Below are positions 26,371 to 38,888 of a DNA stretch of 64,000 nucleotides, piece by piece. Positions within the stretch are counted from its first letter, which is position 1. Every line of letters starts with the position of its first letter. Location of the stretch: assembly GCA_002104905.1 (NCBI GenBank), contig MCFE01000163.1, positions 62,001-126,000 of the forward strand. The letters run 5' to 3'. The notes beneath the pieces are model-generated. The model had not been told where the DNA came from and did not search any database. It saw only the letters and a program-made list of their open reading frames with translations. The stretch comes from Basidiobolus meristosporus CBS 931.73 (taxonomy: Eukaryota; Fungi; Basidiobolomycota). Both the position numbers and the translations under genes were made by a program.

Positions 26371-27780
26371 TAGTTGGTATGCACACAGATTCCATCTAAT
26401 CAACCACCAGGGCAATTCCCTATGAAAAATAACTTGGTCCTGTAGGTGGATCGAATCCAAATCAGTCATCAGGATCCTGCTTGGAGACCATCATACTATC
26501 AGCAGCTAGGAGTTAGTGGCCCTCTTCATGATTTTTTGACAGGATCACAACAGTGTCTGGCTAATTTTACTGCCAAATAAAGTTAAAAACCTGACAGGGT
26601 TTCATTGGTGCTTAAGCAAGAATTGCATTGCATTGTTGTGGTCTTAATGCGCTCTGTAACTATTTTAAATGAATCTAATTGGCCTGTACATCTAGGTGCT
26701 ATATATGGCAAAAAAATTGACGGTGTTTTGATAGCCTCATTGCAAGTCATCATTGGCATTATCAGGGCAGTATTGTGCCCTACAGCTAGTTCTGTACAAT
26801 GCTACCATACCAACTTACCAAGTGGTATTTCCTTTTTCTACCTCCCCTTGTGCAACTCATATATTGCACTTTAGAATCACCCCTCTTTATTTGCTTACCC
26901 ACTACTGCCTTGGGTATTCCACATATAGCTCAAATCAAAAAATAGTATTGCCTCTTGCTTACTAACCTCTACAAATGTGCACACCTGCCACAATTGAAAT
27001 ACCTCTATCACCTCAACTTTACGGCTTTTCAGTGTGATACCTGCAAAGTTGCCATATACCTTGTACTGCTGGTAACATGTACATCTTGCAAAGAAATGCT
27101 TGGTTGCCACTTCTTCTGCCATGAATACCTCCTGAATATCCCCAAAGAGCTTTTTGGTATTTAGCCAATATATTCCTTCACCCTGCTGGATTCTAGTCCC
27201 CCTTATAGGTGCACTCTGGCTCTTGTTTGCATGAATTCTGTATTGAATAGTGTAGAAGTTGGCTTGTTACCAAGTGAAGCCCAGCATACTTTGGTAGAGC
27301 TTTCCTGATAAAAATTAGTTGCTTGTTTCACACAACCCAACTTTGCATTACTTAACTAACTACCCACACATTGGGGCTGCTAGCTTCTCAATTGCATAGG
27401 CATAGGTGTCTCCATGTGTACATCTGTCCTCAGTATTTCCCAACTGTTCCTGGCTGTCCTCCATGTACCAATTTATCATATCTATCACAAACTTGAAAGT
27501 AATATTCTTGATGAGATTGGGATATGGTAGTACCTGCAACTGGACTTGTCTTCCAATTGCTCCACACATTTGCTCCATAGGAAACTCCCAAAGGTGAAGC
27601 AAGGCCTAATATTCTCCACACACCAAGCAAGGTGGAGTAAAGAATAGATACAGTGGCAACAGAAATCTACATGTTCAGCTGTATGCTTGTTGTATAACCA
27701 CTCAAATCCTGTTAGTAACTTTGTGCACAACAGCTGCAGATGTGTCAAGTTGGCATTAGTAACCTGCTGCTGGATGAATA

Positions 27781-30700
27781 TGTTGTAAAGTTTGTATTTC
27801 CACCTAAATATTCACCTAACTTAGTCACTTAGATCATCACCTTCAAATCCTAGAGAATACTGATCAAATTCCTTGTTGGGATTTACTGAGAATATTTTCA
27901 CCAAAATACCAGGTGTCCAGAACATGAAAATTCTCAAAGTTGCCCAAACAGCCCCAAATGTTGCACACATGCTCTTGGGATGTTTCTTAGCCTATTCTAC
28001 ATGTTTGTAATGCCAAGGCCATGCAAAAGTATGAAATACTACTTTTACATTCAATAAATCATTAAGTCAAAACCACATATTCTACTTGTTCTCTAAAATC
28101 ATTTCCAATATCTCCAAGACTCTTACAACAGGTTATGAGCCCCACACTGTTACTCTCTGCAATGTCTACTACTGCTATTACTGGAATTTTTCCTCTGCTG
28201 AAAAGTTGGATGGATCTAACTACCAAGTGTGGAAGGTGAAGATGAAGATGCTGCTACAAGAAAGAGGCCTCTGGGACATTGTCATGCAAGAAGAATGCGC
28301 TCCTAAAAACGTGGGAGAGGAAGCCTTAAAGTACCAGAAGAAAGAACAAAGTGCCTTTAACTGCATTTGCCTTAATGTTAAGGACAAATTGCTAATTCAG
28401 TGCTCAAGAGCAAGAACAGCAAAGAATGCCTGGAAGGCACTAGAAGACACCTACCAGTCATGTTCAGCTGCTAAGAATATGTATCTGAGATGTAAATTCC
28501 TTACTACAAAGATGCTGCCATGAGAAGAAATGAAAAATCTAATTAACAGAATTACCCTGCTGGTAGATGAAATTGAATCTGTGGGTGTACCAACTACTGA
28601 TGTGGATGTGATAGTTACCATCCTGAATAGCTTGACAGACAAGTTTCAGGGCCTTGTATCAGCCCCAGAGTCCAGAATTGGAGATTTGACCTTGCATTAT
28701 GTATATGGAAAGCTCCTGGATGAAGAAATAAGGAAATCAAGTACCAATAAGAAGGACAAAGAAAAAGTTTTAATAAGCAATGATAACCAACAATGGAGGT
28801 ACCCAAGACCCTACAAAGGCAACAGCAATCTGTTTTGCAACTACTGCAAAAGGAAAGGACACACATCAGACTGGTGCTTCAAAAAGAAAGATAGTCTGCA
28901 GAAAAGCCTGAATGTGAATATGCTGCAACAACTGAAGATAGACTATTCATATCTGCACTAAAAATGACCACAAACAAGGATTCTCAGACGTGGTATATTG
29001 ACTCTGGAGCATCTCAACACTTCACACACCAAAAAGAACTTTTACCCAATATCAAGAAATTCCAATTAAGAATGTTTTCATGGGTGACAATAGAGCACTT
29101 GATGCAGTGGGAGAAGGAACTATCCAAGTAAACCCAAGAAGCAGTGAAGGAAGCCATACACTGACCTTTAAAGAAGTACTCTATGTACCAGAAAAAGCCA
29201 AGAGCTTACTATCTGAAAGCAAGGCCACTGCAGAGGGACTTAGTTTTAGCTTTGACAATTCTGGATGCAAGATTGCTGATCAAAATGGTGCCAATATTGC
29301 TTTGGGTACCAGAGATCAGAATCTATACAAGTTGACTTATATTCCATCATATTTGGAAGCCAATATAGGTAACTTAATTGAAGAGACACCAATGCTTTGG
29401 CACAGGAGATTTGGGCACATCAATTTTGATTATATGTGCAAAATGATCAAAGATCAGGTATTTTTGGAATAAAAGCTGATCCCCCAGCTGATTTGGATCA
29501 CTGTGAGGCCTGCATATATGGGAAACAAGCCAGACAACCATTCAAGAGCTCTGAGTTGATCAAAACTAAGAAAAAATTAGATCTAATTCACGCAGATCTG
29601 TGCGGTCTTATGCAAAATTTATCCTTAGATGGGATGAAATATTTTATCACCTTTATTGATGATTATACAAGATACATATGGGTCTCCTTCATGGAGAGAA
29701 AGGAAGAAGCTCTGTCTAAGCTCAGCAAGCTCAAAGCCATAGTTGAGAGAGAAACTGGTGAAAAAATCAAGAAAATATGCTCTGACAATGGTGGAGAATA
29801 TACCTCAAAACTCTTCATCCACTTCTGCAAAATTCATGGGATAAAGCAAGAGACTACTGTACCATACTCCCCACAGCAAAATGGAGTAGCAGAATGTGCT
29901 AACAGAGCAATAATTGATATGGCAAGATCCATGATCCATGATCAAAAATTATCCTATGATTTTTGTGCAGAATTACTTGCCACTGCTGTATATCTTAAAA
30001 GTAAGAGTTAATACACAATACCTTGTGGTTCTACTCCATTTGAAACATAGTATGGATACAGACCAAGTGCAGAACATCTAAGAATATTTGGGTGTACAGC
30101 ATATGCCAAGAAACTGCCCGGAAATCAGTCAAAACTTGAGCCAAAAAGTGTAAAATGCATATTTTTGGGCTACTGCAATGAGAGTAAAGAATACAGACTG
30201 TACAATACCAAAGCAAAGAAGCTAATCAAGTCCAGGGATGTTTTGTTTAATGAAAATTCAAAATGTTCACAAAAATGACATCAGATGATGACAAAAACTG
30301 ATATCAAGTTTGCAAATTGTCAGGATTGAATCAGAGCAAAACAATGATAATTTTTTCACTCCAGCGGACACTACAGCCATGGTTCAGCCAGAATCAGTGT
30401 GCCAGAATATCCCAGAAGTGATCATTCCAGTATCAAATGCCCAGAGATCCAATTGGACAAGAAACAGCTCAAATTACTATATCAATAAGGATACAAACTT
30501 AGCGTATGCCTATTCAGTCCATATTTATGAACCCCAGACTGTAAAAGAGGTTTGCAATAGCCCTCAGATCAAGTTTTGGAGATCTGCTATGACTGAGGAA
30601 TATCAAGCCCTGATGGAAAATCAAACTTGGGACTTAGTCAAATTACCAATCAGCCAAAAATCAATTGGATGCAGAGGGGTCTTCAAGATAAAATGCAAGG

Positions 30701-32575
30701 CTGATGGTAAAATTGAAAGATACAAAGCAAGACTTGTGGCCAAAGGATACTCTCAAACAAAGGACTTGACTATACTGAGACCTTTGCACCGATAGCCAAG
30801 TTTAATTCCATCAGATCAATATTGGCTATTGCAGCCAAATATAAGTTTTTTGTTTATCAAATGGATGTAAAACTGCATTTTTAGATGGAGAGCTTGATGA
30901 GGATATGTACATGGAGCAGCCTGATAGGTTTGCTCACTAAGATAACCCCCATTTGGTCTGCAAGCTTAAGAAACCACTAAATGGCCTCAAACAATCACCA
31001 AGAGCCTGGAATTGCAAAATAGATTCTTATTTGGAATCTTTGAGTTTCAAAAGAAGTAATGCTGACTATAGTATAAACTATAAGCCAGATAGAGCAAATC
31101 CAGTTCTATTAGCTCTATATGTGGATGATCGTATTATAGCCGCCAATAACCTAGAAACATTGGAAGAGACTAAATCCAGCATATCTAAGGAGTTCAAGAT
31201 GACCAATCTAGGAGAACTCAGTTACTACTTAGGGATTAAGTTCTCCATCAACAGAAGTACCCAGACTATCACCCTAAGCCAGTCCAAGTATATTCAAGAT
31301 ATACTAAAGAAGTACCAAATGGAAGACTGTCAACCGGCAGCTACCCCAATGGAAACAAACCTTAACTTGGTTAAAACTCAACCAAATCAAGAGAGCTTGG
31401 TGCCATCTGAAAGCCCTGACTTTCCTTATCAATCTATGGCTGCAATTCTGATGTATATCATGCTTGGATCACATCTGGATGTCTCATATTCAGTGGGGGT
31501 TGTCAGCCAACATTATCAGAACTATGGATCTGATCATATTGCAGCAGTTAAGTAGATTTTTAGATATCTAAAAGGAACTGCTGATATCTGCTTAAGATAA
31601 ACATAAAAGGACTCAGAACAGGATCTTGTGGGATACTCTGATGCAGATTGGGGACAAAATTTGGAACACAGAAGATCCACCACAGGATACACCTTACTTT
31701 ACTGTAAAGGAGCAATTTCATGGAATTCAAGAAAGCAATCAACTGTAGCTCTTTCTACCACAGAGGCAGAGTATATGGCAGCCTGTGAAGCTACAAAGGA
31801 AGCAATGTAGCTAAGAAAACTTCTTACAGATTTAGGCCTTTGTCAAAAAACGCCTATTACTTTATTTCAAGATAATCAAGGATGTAGACAATTAGGTAGA
31901 AATCCAACTTTTCATCCTAGAACCAAGCACATAGATATTAGACATCATTTCATACATGAAGCTTTAGAGAATAACCTGACTAGCTTAGTTTACTGTCCTA
32001 CAGATCAAATGATTGCTGACATATTTACCAAACCATCAGCTAGAGACAAGTTTGAATATCTTATTTTGTATGTGAAGCTACATACAATAACCAAGTTAGC
32101 TTAGTCTGCTGTCCTTCAGATGAAATGATTGCAGACATATTTACCAAACCATTAGCTAGAGACACAACTGAATATCTTAGGTCAAAATTAGGACCAGTCA
32201 GTATGAGCATTTAGCTGAGTGGGAGTGTTGTAAGGATTTGTAATTCCACCTAAATATTCACCTAACTTAGTCACTTAGATCATTACCTTCAAATCCTAGA
32301 GAATACTGACCAAATTCCATGTTGGGATTTACTGAAAATATCTTCACCAAAATACCAGGTATCCAGAACATGAAAATTCTCAAAGTTGCCCAAACAGCCC
32401 CAAATGTTGCACACATGCTCTTGGGATCTTTCTTAGCCAATTCTACATGTTTGTAATGCCAAGACCATGTAAAAGTATAAATACTACTTTTACATGCAAT
32501 AACTCATTAAGTCAAAACCACATAATCTACTTGTTCTCCCAAATCACTTCCAATTTCTCCAAGACTCTTACAGCA
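27781..32575 (+). mobile_element. Full-length but decayed Ty1/copia family-B element
   Basis: 350-bp LTRs (27781-28130 and 32226-32575) with about 22 differences by eye; TSD GAATA (27776-27780 and 32576-32580); PBS at 28131; CNYCKRKGHTSDWC, WYIDSGAS, HADLCG..SDNGGEY..NGVAE, LYVDD, YSDADWG..STTEAEY. Confidence 0.95.
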
Positions 32576-33672
32576 GAATATTCCTACAATGCTCACATAT
32601 GTCTCCCAGTGCTTCCAATGTACTCTTGGTAGGAATGGCTTTAGAATGTCACTTAAATAAATACATATTCAGTTTATCCAGTCTTTGCATTTGTATTGTT
32701 GCATGTGTATGAATATTGATCAAAGCCCATGAGAAGTACTTAGGGTAGCAGATACTCTGTAATATCTTGCCAATTCTTTCAAATTTTCCAATATCTCAAA
32801 GGGCTCATTTAGCTTGAAATGCCCTATGTACATCTTAGTCATCAGTATAGGGATATTGTTGAAAAGCAAATGCAATGCTCCCGGTGGAAAGATTTTGCTT
32901 CAACAGATACCCTCTATCTTAAGTATTTCAGGTTTCCAATTGATTCTATATTCTGGCCAATGGCTTATAGCTTGCCAACTTTGCTGCAATTGCATGCGGA
33001 CCTCTGTATGTTCACTCTATGGGAAGACAATGTACTTAGTGTTGGTGCTTGGGTAACAATAATGTGTGTGAGTTATGAAGTAAATCCCCTGGATCTCACA
33101 CACTCAATAGCAATACCATCCATTGCGCCCAGAAAAGCCTGCTATCTTGCTGATGGCTCAGGTATCTCCAATGCAGATAATAATATATGCTTTGACATGA
33201 TAGCCATTTGCTGTTATCCTTCTGGAAAGCATACAAAAATCATCCAGCAATAGATACAGGTAGCTATCCAGGTTGGACAGTGATTTAGGCCAAGATACCA
33301 GTGAGACTACCATCAGATTTTGGCTCTGATCCAGTAAGATGAGTGACAGATTCAGGTTGATGAGAATCAGTGGGCAGCAGGATTTGCTGGTAGAGTACTT
33401 GTTTGTTGAGAATCCATCAAGTACAAAAGTAAAGGCATGATCATACATACCTTCAAAGTAGCCCTTACCTCTTAGCTGTTTGTAATGTTGTCATCAAATA
33501 TATTGTATATGCTTGTGCTTAATTGATAATGAGTGTGGTACTTTATAGCTTTGCAATATTTGTTGGACTGTATGAGCTACTTTAAATGGGGTATTACCAG
33601 AATATATCTGGCATGTTAATAATGTTTCCCTCAATGGTGGTTGATTTTGGACCATTTGGACACATTGTAGTG

Positions 33673-34318
33673 GGGTCACAGTGACACCCACTGACAGATG
33701 TGCTCATTCCTATATTTTCTACTTCCCTATTTCTCTACTACCCTTGTTTTAGTTTTATCTCATTTGTCTTACTTGGTCAGTACTAACCCATAAGCTGGCT
33801 CACTATCACAGCTGCTTACCTTATTGCATAGGTTATCCCTCACTTTATGTAAGATTACTAGCTATAAGTGCTCTAATATTAGGCAAGCACCCGCACCAGT
33901 ACCTGTGACACATGACTAAACTGTGTCACCATCCCTACCATTTTCACCCCATATATGGTATCCCTATGCTACACAGGCTTCATAATACTGATCCCTGATT
34001 GGTTGGATGTGCTGTGCCTCTTCAAACCTTCTGGCACATACTTAGAACATTCTTAGGTCATTCTGATGTCATTAAGATTTCTATTGACATCAAGAACCTT
34101 CTGGAACACCATGATTAGTAATCACTTAGCCAGTAAGAAAAGTATTTAAGGGAGGCTATCCCTCAACAATAAATCATCATCCCTTTTATCAATATACTGA
34201 CTTGTTGATTAGTGTGATCACTGCTACCTACTGCTACCTGAGCTTCCAACCCAGACCACAGGACACTCCCAGGAAACCATGCTGACAGCCAACTTACCTT
34301 GGAGGCACTAACTGTGAC
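33673..34318 (+). mobile_element. Possible solo LTR of a third family
   Basis: Termini (g)gtcacag...ctgtgaca, internal TATTTAA and AATAAA-like signals, and it interrupts the transposase. No convincing TSD found. Confidence 0.35.
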
Positions 34319-35869
34319 AAATGCTCAGAGTAGGTATCTTTTATTATATTTGATTCTTTCCCAAGTTTGTTCTTGTACAGGCAAAGATACTTTTCTGTCT
34401 TTATAACTACTGACCACAGCTGCATTCTTATCAAGTCCCTGCTGGTGGAGTTTACAGTTGTTTGACTTTGGAAGCTCTAGTACATTGTCATCTCAAAGGA
34501 TGCTGAATACAGCACATACTTTTGTTAAGATACCAAGCAAGTTGGGGATTGTAGCTCAATAGTTTTCCCTTTACAAGCTGGTGGCTTTATTCCCCTTCAC
34601 ATTAGATTAGAGACAAAACCCCAGGTATTCCTAGCTAGCTTTTGCTAGAGATTATTGCACCCAGTGAGCACCCCACACACAAAACACTTGAGAAGTGTTG
34701 GACATATCTCTCCCTTGGACTTATACACCACCACAACATTGCAATGATGGCATTTTTGGATGTAAATGCCATGCAAATGTTAACACATGCTAGAATCAGG
34801 ACAGTCTCTGTGCCATATGTTGCCGGCCACATGATGGTTGTCCACTTGTACCATGTACATGGTCAGTTGTATCCCAGGATGATTATGGCAAGAAGTAGTA
34901 GTAAATCCTCAAAGCCCCCATTACTAATATTAGTATAAACACACCACTTCTCTAGCCACAACATTACATGAATTGCTGGTGGATGGATTACTGGGCTCAC
35001 TTGGCTCCATAAAGTATCCTTGGCATTTGCTTCAACAGGTGCTGTCTCATTGCATATTGGGATTTGACTGGGCTCATGCATGGTACTGTTGTTAAGGGTG
35101 ATTGGCTCACAATCCATCAGTAAGCCTTTATTGTTGGAGCTATCACTCTGCATGCCATATTCAGAAGGCTGAGGTGAGCCTGAAGGCAGCACAAACTCAC
35201 CTGACTCAGTTTGTGCAAGGTTACAAAGGTGGCAGGTGCCAATATAGAAGTATCAACTGGCTGGCAAGATAATATTGGTACAGTAGTGACTGATGAATGG
35301 TCAAATATGAATTGGGTGGCAAAACACTGGCTGTGATCCTTGTAATACTTCAAATGCTGTCTGAGTCCTTCATGGCTGAGAGGCTTGCTACAATAGACAC
35401 ATGGTCTTTTTTCTCTTCTCTTACAGTGTTGAGTTAAAGTAGTCTTGTCCATGGGGCAAACAGTTTGACCTGCAACAATTTGATGCTATTCTATTACTTT
35501 TTGGTCAATACTCATGTGAATTTAAGACAGTCTTGTATTTGAGACATTGCACCTATATGAATGTAAGATTAAATGATGACCTGCCATTGTAAGCATTATA
35601 AATAAAGTTGTGGCATCATATACCCACATATATGTAGCACTATTTCCCCTTTTGCTTGACTCACTCCCATATATATGCTGCCAAAAAATTAAGCAAGGTT
35701 GTCTGGTTCTCAACTAAACCCCACTGCTGACAGCAGCAGAAGAATGGTTGGACAACAGCTTGCTTTGACATTCAGTGCAACAAGTGGGGCCACATCCAAA
35801 AAAAGCCATGTTGACAGTGTGTCCACCAAAGGTAATAATGCAGACTCCTCAGGCTCTCAGTAAGGTAGT

Positions 35870-37960
35870 CAATTGAGAGCTTCTGCAGGGCTGCAAGCTG
35901 ACTGTTATGTTCAGGCAGATGAGAGTATAGGAAATGTAGTACCTTCAGTTGAAGACCAGAAGCTGGCCACTTTAATATCACCTCCACCTATATTAGCAAG
36001 TACGTTGTCAGCTCATACTGAAGCATTAATGAAGCAACTGGGTGCTGTGGCTGATAGGATAGATGCAATAGCCCAGAGAAATCAGGAAATAGTCCAGAAG
36101 CAGGATGAGCAGATAATACCTGTAGAGCAATCAACATCCCAGGTAGAGAAAGCAGTATCTTTGCTTCAAAGAAGGAGCTCAAGTAGGTCAATATCCCAGC
36201 CAAGAATTGAGCAATTTCCCAATGTAACAGTAGAGGAACACTGTACTGTCTTTGAAATACAATAACAGTGCCCAAAGATAAAACCCACAGATAAACCTAT
36301 CACAGCATGGAAGGAAGACAATGTGGAGCTTATCCCAAAGCCTAAAAATCAAAGAACATTGAAGATCCATGAAGCCATTGAGTGCAACAATGAAGAGTGG
36401 GCTAATATTCAAGAGGCCATCAGAAGTCTATCATGCCATCACCTTAAGGTTGGTATACAATGGGACCATCAGGAACTCCAGGCCATGCAGAGTGTGCTTG
36501 ACTTGTTACATGAGCATTATCCTGGATTCAAATAGGCAGACAGATTTTGGGCCTGCATTAGTATGCTGAGAAAGTATCTTAAGAATAGCAGAAAATATCA
36601 AAGGCAGAAGAACAAGGGAGTCATGGCTAAAAACCAGTGGCTTCCTCAAGAGCCCATTACAAGCAGGGCCAAAAGATCCAAACAGTTGTTGAAGAGATGT
36701 CAGGTAGCTGGAAGAGTGCCACCTATGGACAAGCAGACAGACACAGATGCACCAGCACAACATTTATCAAGGAAAAAGTGTAGTACCACTCTAGAAGCAT
36801 TCACTCAAAGTAGCAGTGAAGGACCTTACAGTGATAAAAACCAGCAGCTTTCTCAGGAACCTGTACCACCTACAGCTGAGAGCTCAAAACAAGCAGTAAA
36901 GAAATGACAAGTTGCCAGGAGAGTGCCAGCAAGGGACAAGCAGGCCAAAACAGATGAGTCAGAGCAGAATTTATCAAGGAGAAAACATAGTTCATTACAA
37001 GAAGCATGCAGAAAAAGTAGCAGTGAAAGACCTGGCAATGATAAATGAAAAGGTAAAGGGAAAAATGTCTACCCCGGCCTGAGACAGGGAAGCATACAAA
37101 AAAACTGCAGCTCTTGCTAATTAATGCTATTAGCCCAGAACAGACTGAATCCCATCATAGCCAAGAAGAGTTACCAACAAGAAAGCAGCTGTTTTCACAA
37201 GAGTTGGAAGCACAGGTGGTTGAGCTACACTCCAGCAAGGTAGATGAGTTAGCAGAGAAAGGCAATTTGTCTACTACAGCCTCCACATCCTCCATTGTTG
37301 ACAGAGTTAAGATCCCAGTGACAGACAATGCTACCATGTCAAGAACTTGAGCAACTATCACAATGCCTTTGGTGAAACTTGGAACAATAATAGGCACACC
37401 AAGAAGTTGCAGCACTTATTCTAGAGCAGTGCTCAGGAAAATACACTTGAATATTGCAAGGATTTATTGCAAAGACTGGCAGATAAGGTGCTAGACCTTG
37501 CAGTGCTGGCTGAAGACCAGGATGTGTGGGAACTAGTGAATGAACAGTGGCATAAAGCTGTTGGGTTCCTATTGAAGTCATGGAAACAGAGCATTACAGC
37601 AGATATATTTATTGAGTGGTGGATTTTAATGAAGTAAATTGTTGCATGTACAACTGAAGTTTCAACAGATCAATTTGTACACATAAAAAGTAAGAGAAAC
37701 AATTGAGTCAGGAAGTACAGTGTGTGAAAAAGAGGCAATAGCCAATCAATGTACACAAACATAGGAGGTGATTGAGTGCCCAGGATCAAAGAGTGAGAAA
37801 ATAGCCAGAGAACCAATCAAAAGCCACTAAAACATTGTTGAGATGGACAATTTTGACTAAGTTTTTTGTGAAATCTGGGGTGCAATCATTTTTCAACAGT
37901 CTCTGCACAGTGTCCTGACAGGATCCATACCTCTTAGTCACAGGACTTGGAATTTGTAAT
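35870..37960 (+). pseudogene. Decayed second ORF of the CACTA-like element (coiled coil followed by a W-x-H-Q...YPGF...W...MLRKYLKN segment)
   Basis: ORFs 35873..36265, 36323..36535, 36563..36907 and 37114..37350 read as consecutive fragments. Paralogous pieces lie at 14500-14870, 18590-19030, 24200-24320 and 25560-26110. Confidence 0.5.
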
Positions 37961-38459
37961 GGCCATTTGATGGGACCATCACAATAATTTTTCATAGGGG
38001 GTCTAAACTGCTGGTGTCTGTATCACTAAGACACTACAGTAAAGGCTCCTGCTTCTCTAGCTTTTTGGGTGCTCAAAGTATCTCCAAAGGCCTCTGTGTG
38101 TCTTGCACATCACCGTCAAAAGTTCCTTGATGGCAAGTCTAAGGTGTAACTGCTGAAGGTAGGTCCAGTGATCAGCTGATACCTACTAAGGGCCAAGTGT
38201 TACTGATAAAATGGATGATTTATTAGTGAGGATTTGACTTCCCAATGAGAAATGACATGATCAGCTCTGCTATGCTAGTGCATTGGTGTTGCTTCATTCT
38301 TAAAGTCACTGGTATTGGCTTTGCAATATGATGAAACATACTTCAACTTGAACAGATTTCAATATCTGATGCTTAAGGTAATATGGATACTATTTGGACT
38401 GGTGCTCCCGTATCTAGAATTGTCAGACCTGAAACCAAGTCCTCTTGATGCAACTACTC

Positions 38460-38888
38460 CTACATAGAGTACCTGCATGGCTTTGGAGTACTCCTAGGAA
38501 GCTCTAAAGAGCATATGTGCATAGTATGGGGCTATTAGCATTGTAAAAATTTGGAATTCCACCTAAATACTCACCTAACTTAGTCACTTGGATCATTACC
38601 ATCAAGTCATAGAGAATACTGACCAAATTTCTTGTCAGCATTTACTTGGAATATTTTCACCAAAATACCAAGTACCCAGAATATGAGAGTTGTCAAAGTT
38701 GTCCAAACAGTCCCAAAGTTTGTACACATGTTTTTGGGACCCTCCTAAACCTTCTCTATGTGTTTGTTATGCCAAGATCATGTAACAGTATAAATACTAC
38801 TTTTACATTCAATAAATCATTAAGTGTAAACCAAATTATCTACTTGTCCTTGCAAATCACTTCCAATATCTCCAAAACTCTTACAACA
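38460..38888 (+). mobile_element. Solo (or orphan 3') LTR of copia family B with an extended 5' segment
   Basis: Matches 19560-19981 along its whole length and ends ttacaaca; not followed by the PBS. Confidence 0.75.

Larger units (their letters stand above)
26740..35460 (-). mobile_element. CACTA/EnSpm-type transposase gene (decayed), interrupted by copia-B (27781-32575) and an LTR-like insert (about 33673-34318)
   Basis: Minus-strand remnants in tnp2 order: C2H2-like CVYCSKPLSHEGLRQH; ACVNICMAFTS; VLDGFS...CCPLILINLNL...NL..VS.VSWPKSLSNLDSYL; YSLLHL...WEFPMEQMCG.IGR...PYPNL. Confidence 0.78.
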
